Below, one piece after another: positions 59,721 through 64,000 of a DNA stretch of 64,000 nt (its first letter is position 1; each line of letters starts with the position of its first letter). Position numbers and translations under genes: made by a program. Under the pieces are notes generated by a model that searched no databases, was not told the origin of the DNA, and saw nothing but the letters and a program-made list of their open reading frames with translations. Origin of the DNA: Eledone cirrhosa. Taxonomy: Eukaryota. The DNA is taken from contig OZ024743.1 in the NCBI GenBank assembly GCA_964016885.1, positions 123,008,001-123,072,000 of the forward strand, given 5' to 3'.

Positions 59721-60039
59721 TTTATTAAACAAATCAAATCGTCCAAAACCCAAATAAAGGCTATGTCATTTTTAAAGGTCGTTTGGGAATAGTGAAATAG
59801 CTATATCAGGAAATGGAAAATAGAACATGGACTTGGTTCATAAGAAACTATTATTTAACTGTATAATAATGTCTGTTCAGTTACGAGTTTTTTTTCAATA
59901 GATGCCTGTCTTGTGCAGCACAGTTTCTAATTTTTTAATGGTATTGTAATATTCTATACACCACAAAAAGGCGTTTTGAAAGAACATGTCTCTCTATATA
60001 TATATGTCATGGAAATATTGCAGACATCACACAGAGGAA

Positions 60040-60320
60040 TATTTTGCCTTTCATCCATCAAGGATCGATAAAATAAATCACATATCAAGTACTGGTTCTA
60101 TTTAATCGACTATACCCCCATACCTCCAATGTTAGGCATTGTGCCTATATTAGACAATATATCCCACGGCAAAGTTTATAGATATTAGTGCATCGGATTA
60201 ACTTATTTGCCACTTGTTCAAAACAGTAATATTCTGAGTTTCAGTTCCACTGAGATCAACTTTGCCTTTCATCGTCTTGGGGTTGATAAAATAAATAGCC
60301 ATTAATATAATTCAGTTGAT
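60040..60320 (+). mobile_element. Two degenerate SINE fragments
   Basis: TTTGCCTTTCATC..GATAAAATAAA occurs twice. Confidence 0.7.
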
Positions 60321-60801
60321 TATATATCATGTTCCTTTTGAAAATATTGACAAATCAAACGACTGCTACTTTTAAATATTTGTTTTAGAGAAAAGCAAAA
60401 CAGCACGATGTAAAGATTTAGAGTTCTGTTGCTGCCTTGAGTGCTTTAGGTGTATGGATTTGAAAAGAATAAAAGCTTTCGTAGACTTAAAGCATCTGGG
60501 AACCATTTTATAAGTATTCATAGCAGGAGATCTTAATTAGTAAGACAACGTTCATTTCACCCTCCGTTTTTACAATAACATAATGGGGTCAGTGAGGTTA
60601 ATGTCGAATTTTAGAGAATAATTTCAAAAGTATTTCTAATATGTATTATACATAAGACTGAAAAAAAAACTCAGACAGTGTTCCTAAATGCGTAAATATG
60701 TATCTATGTATAGGTTATCATTATATAGACACACACACACACAAGCACGCACACACACACACGCACGCGCACGCGCACACACACACACACACACACGCAC
60801 A

Positions 60802-60884
<83 letters not shown>

Positions 60885-61079
60885 GAGAGCGGGGGTGTAA
60901 CGGGGTTAACCACAGTAAGTAAGGTAATCAATACATAGCAGAGTATAAATGTTTAATATAGAAATGGGTTCTACAGGACTAGAACTGTTGCAGTCGAAGG
61001 AAAGACAGTCGGCATTCCTGATGATTTCCCTCGAATGAAACACTTCTAATCCTGTAGAAGCCATTTCTATATTGAATAT
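60885..61079. mobile_element. Fold-back Penelope-like fragment
   Basis: Arms ~60949-61003 / 61025-61079; CTGATGA..GAAAC at 61018-61041; TACTC motif on minus at 60941-60945. Confidence 0.7.
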
Positions 61080-61158
61080 ATATATCTATATATATATATC
61101 TATATATATATATCTATCTATATATCTATATCTATATCTATATCTATATCTATATCTA

Positions 61159-61254
<96 letters not shown>

Positions 61255-62090
61255 CGTGTGTGTGTATGTGCATTCTTACAATATCCTTATTTTAACAAAA
61301 TTAAAAAAGATATTTTTTTATTTATGCTAAATCATAATCTACAGTGTTTTCGTTATCAGTTTCGTATTACAATGTTCTGTAATATCATGAGGTAGTCGTA
61401 TGTAATTACAATCCAATGAATTGCACATCATTGAATATTATATATCTATATAACATTTAAAGTTACTCAGCTCAACGCTACTCATCCCTGTTCCAGCAAT
61501 TACGTTTAGCTCAGAACTAAATCAACAGAGTATCAGAGCCGAGAGAAAGGAATTGTAGCTCTTCGAACACATATCAATTTAGAGCAGTTGGGGTGACTCA
61601 ATATGAGCAGCTTATGAAACATTGAAGTGTTGTTGATAAAGAGACAATATATTTTGGGGGCCTGTGAAGAATGACATAGACATGCTATAGACAGATGTTT
61701 TAAAGAAAATCTACAAATATCATTCTCTATATACTGATTCATTACACGATTCCAATCCACATTCTGTCGTATATGAATATTTAAAAAGATATGTTGGCTG
61801 CAACAACGAAATAGAACCCGCCATGTAATTAAGATTGATCCATAGACAAAACAACGACAATATCTGAGCCATTTCATAGAACACAAACCATTACATATTT
61901 TTTTTATAACTGCAGCAATGTTTAGTAGGCTTCCTTCCGCATCCCTGTTATTTTCAAGTTTGTAGTTATCGCATTTCACATTATATTCATTTAATTCATA
62001 TCATGAAATTTTAAACAGAAAAACTGATTCGAACCAGCAACCCCTACCCAGCAAAAGAAAAACCTAGAATAACAAAAACTGAGATCTATG

Positions 62091-62146
<56 letters not shown>

Positions 62147-62781
62147 GCAGAGAGCGATGTTATAAAAATAATCGATATAATCAACAACGAATTCTGGCCA
62201 ATGATTGATGGTTTTGGTGCAGAATACATACACTTTTAGATCGAATTTCGTTTAATATCTAAAGTATAAATTACGAATATCACACAACTATCGGCGTATT
62301 TGCTATGATGGAATGAGATGCCAACTTTGAGGTCATGTGACAAAGGGGTACTGTAAATAAAGTCGACTCTTATAATATAATGAACCCAGTGGGGCACCAG
62401 GAAATTTGACCCATTGTTGAATTATTCAGCTTTGGGATTTTCAGGCGCTTTACTTCTCATATTGGGAAACTTAGAAAGAACTCTTAGTTCAAACTGAGAA
62501 TCATTAGTTAGATGGAAATATTTAGTGGCTTTCAATCCTTTGAGTTCTTTCGTATCATATATCATAGGAATATATGATAATAAAAATATTTCACACAGAA
62601 TCAACTTTGCTATTTATAATATGCTATAGTTAACAAATGTCGATTTTATCATAACAGCGATGGTTTTACATATTTCACAATATGGTCATTGCAAGTCCAT
62701 CCGCACATCGTTCAAAGTGTATAATCTACTTTATTTATTTCTTACACTAATATTATGGGTACGATCAACAGACTGGGAAAT

Positions 62782-63240
62782 ATACGAGGGAAAACTTTAC
62801 GTAATTGGTGGGGTTCAGTTGCTACTCCCTTCCAAATTAGGCCCTTTGTACTTCCACACAATTAGCCCAGCGATATTTCTCCTGCCTGGTGCACGTCTGA
62901 AATGCTTTATCCGTAATGGATCTCAACTCCACCGTGGCAGTTCGAATGATATTCTTAAAGCGGGAGACTTTTAATGGCTTATTCTTGCTGGAGAGTAACC
63001 AGAGCGATGACTAAAGAGTAGAGAGACTGGTAAATGAGAAAAGTGCCTTTCTTTCTTTGTAAACAAACCCCCCAAAATAGGATCAGCTGCGATGAATGAA
63101 GCTGCCAGCTTTCCGAGAACAATAGATCCGATTTCACGCACAGAATTGCACCACGAAGAAGACGGAGGATATTCATGATAATTCTCCTTTTTAATTGTTT
63201 GTCTTTCTAGTGCATATTCATCATGCACGACACTTTATGT
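62782..63240 (-). mobile_element. Mariner transposase remnant
   Basis: TACGAGGG TIR-like start; minus strand ILRLLRGAI..DL..SWQLH and GYSP relics. Confidence 0.7.
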
Positions 63241-63246
63241 CTGTAC

Positions 63247-63660
63247 GGGCTGGGTTCAACAGTCTACAAGTAGGGTTAGTAGCCAAACCGGCCTCGAGAT
63301 CCTTAAAGATGGGAGATAGGTGCTTGCATTCTCTATTGATGCTAATTTAAGCCAATGGGTTTGGTTTTGTACTTCGACGTTATAGTTTTTCGGGCCTAGT
63401 GGTTGTAGACTGTTAAACCCAGAACATTCAGAGATGGGGCTTGTTCACAAATCTATTCTTAGAGGACTAGGTATGACCATTAGGAATAAATCCAACCTAT
63501 TCCAGTGGGAAGACAGCGACTCTGCTGTTAAGTCGTTCAACTCCTTCAGTACCAACAAGATTAAATTCACCAAGTTTGACACTGTGTACTCTCTTGTGTT
63601 TGACATTGTGTATTCTCGGCGAATCTGTTGGATAAAGCGTTGGAGTTCGTCAATACATAT
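63247..63660. mobile_element. Penelope-like RT remnant in two inverted pieces (63247-63390 minus, 63392-63660 plus)
   Basis: Plus strand CRLLNPEHSEMGLVHKSIL..NLFQW..FTKFD; minus strand FKD..NPTCRLLNPA. Confidence 0.7.
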
Positions 63661-64000
63661 ACACTCTCAGGCCTTGAATAATCGTCCCAATCCCGAACTT
63701 ATTAATTTTTCAGATTCTTTCCAAACTTAAATTTTGCTAAATTTTCTTAGAAGTGATTCATATTGATACAGCAGCCAGAGAATCTGATGACATTTCATTT
63801 ACATTAAAAAAGAATAAAACGTTACATATGACACAAGACGAACATTACAATAAATCACATATTTACGTACACTATTCAATTACCAAAACCCACACCATTT
63901 ATTCAAAACCCCACTGATAAGAATTTAAGCAAATGACAAACACACACTTATTTCACTACCTATTATTTGGTTTTGCCTGTAAGACCTGTTCAGCGTTTTT

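Noticed and set aside
61388-61410. TGAGGTAGT let-7-like seed
   Set aside because: The rest does not match let-7 and no precursor hairpin is evident
61533-61979. 148 aa minus-strand ORF
   Set aside because: No recognisable domain or splice support; may be chance or a decayed TE

Overview
AT-rich, microsatellite-saturated eukaryotic DNA with no convincing multi-exon host CDS; most ORFs in the track are (TA)n/(CA)n/(TACA)n artefacts. The SINE and repeat landscape looks like a coleoid cephalopod, probably Octopus (inference). The window is intronic or intergenic and dominated by retroelements sorted by microsatellite target. (1) A dozen or more unrelated non-coding elements sit in (TA)n. They carry type I hammerhead ribozyme (HHR) motifs, fold-back or partial-tandem architecture and a shared RCTC..GAGY hairpin next to the insertion junction. 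They read as non-autonomous Penelope-like/retrozyme-like elements; the best is a 591-nt tandem unit with two HHRs at 56512-57717. (2) An ~8 kb pile-up at 42918-51250 of (ATT)n-targeted Tx1-like L1 copies (+), R4/Dong-like RLE LINEs (-) and a tRNA-derived SINE whose 3' end matches the Tx1 3' end. (3) Remnants of RTE, CRE, mariner and Penelope RT. (4) A candidate recursive splice site/40-nt exon on the minus strand at 59031-59070. All calls were made by eye, without database searches or folding software.
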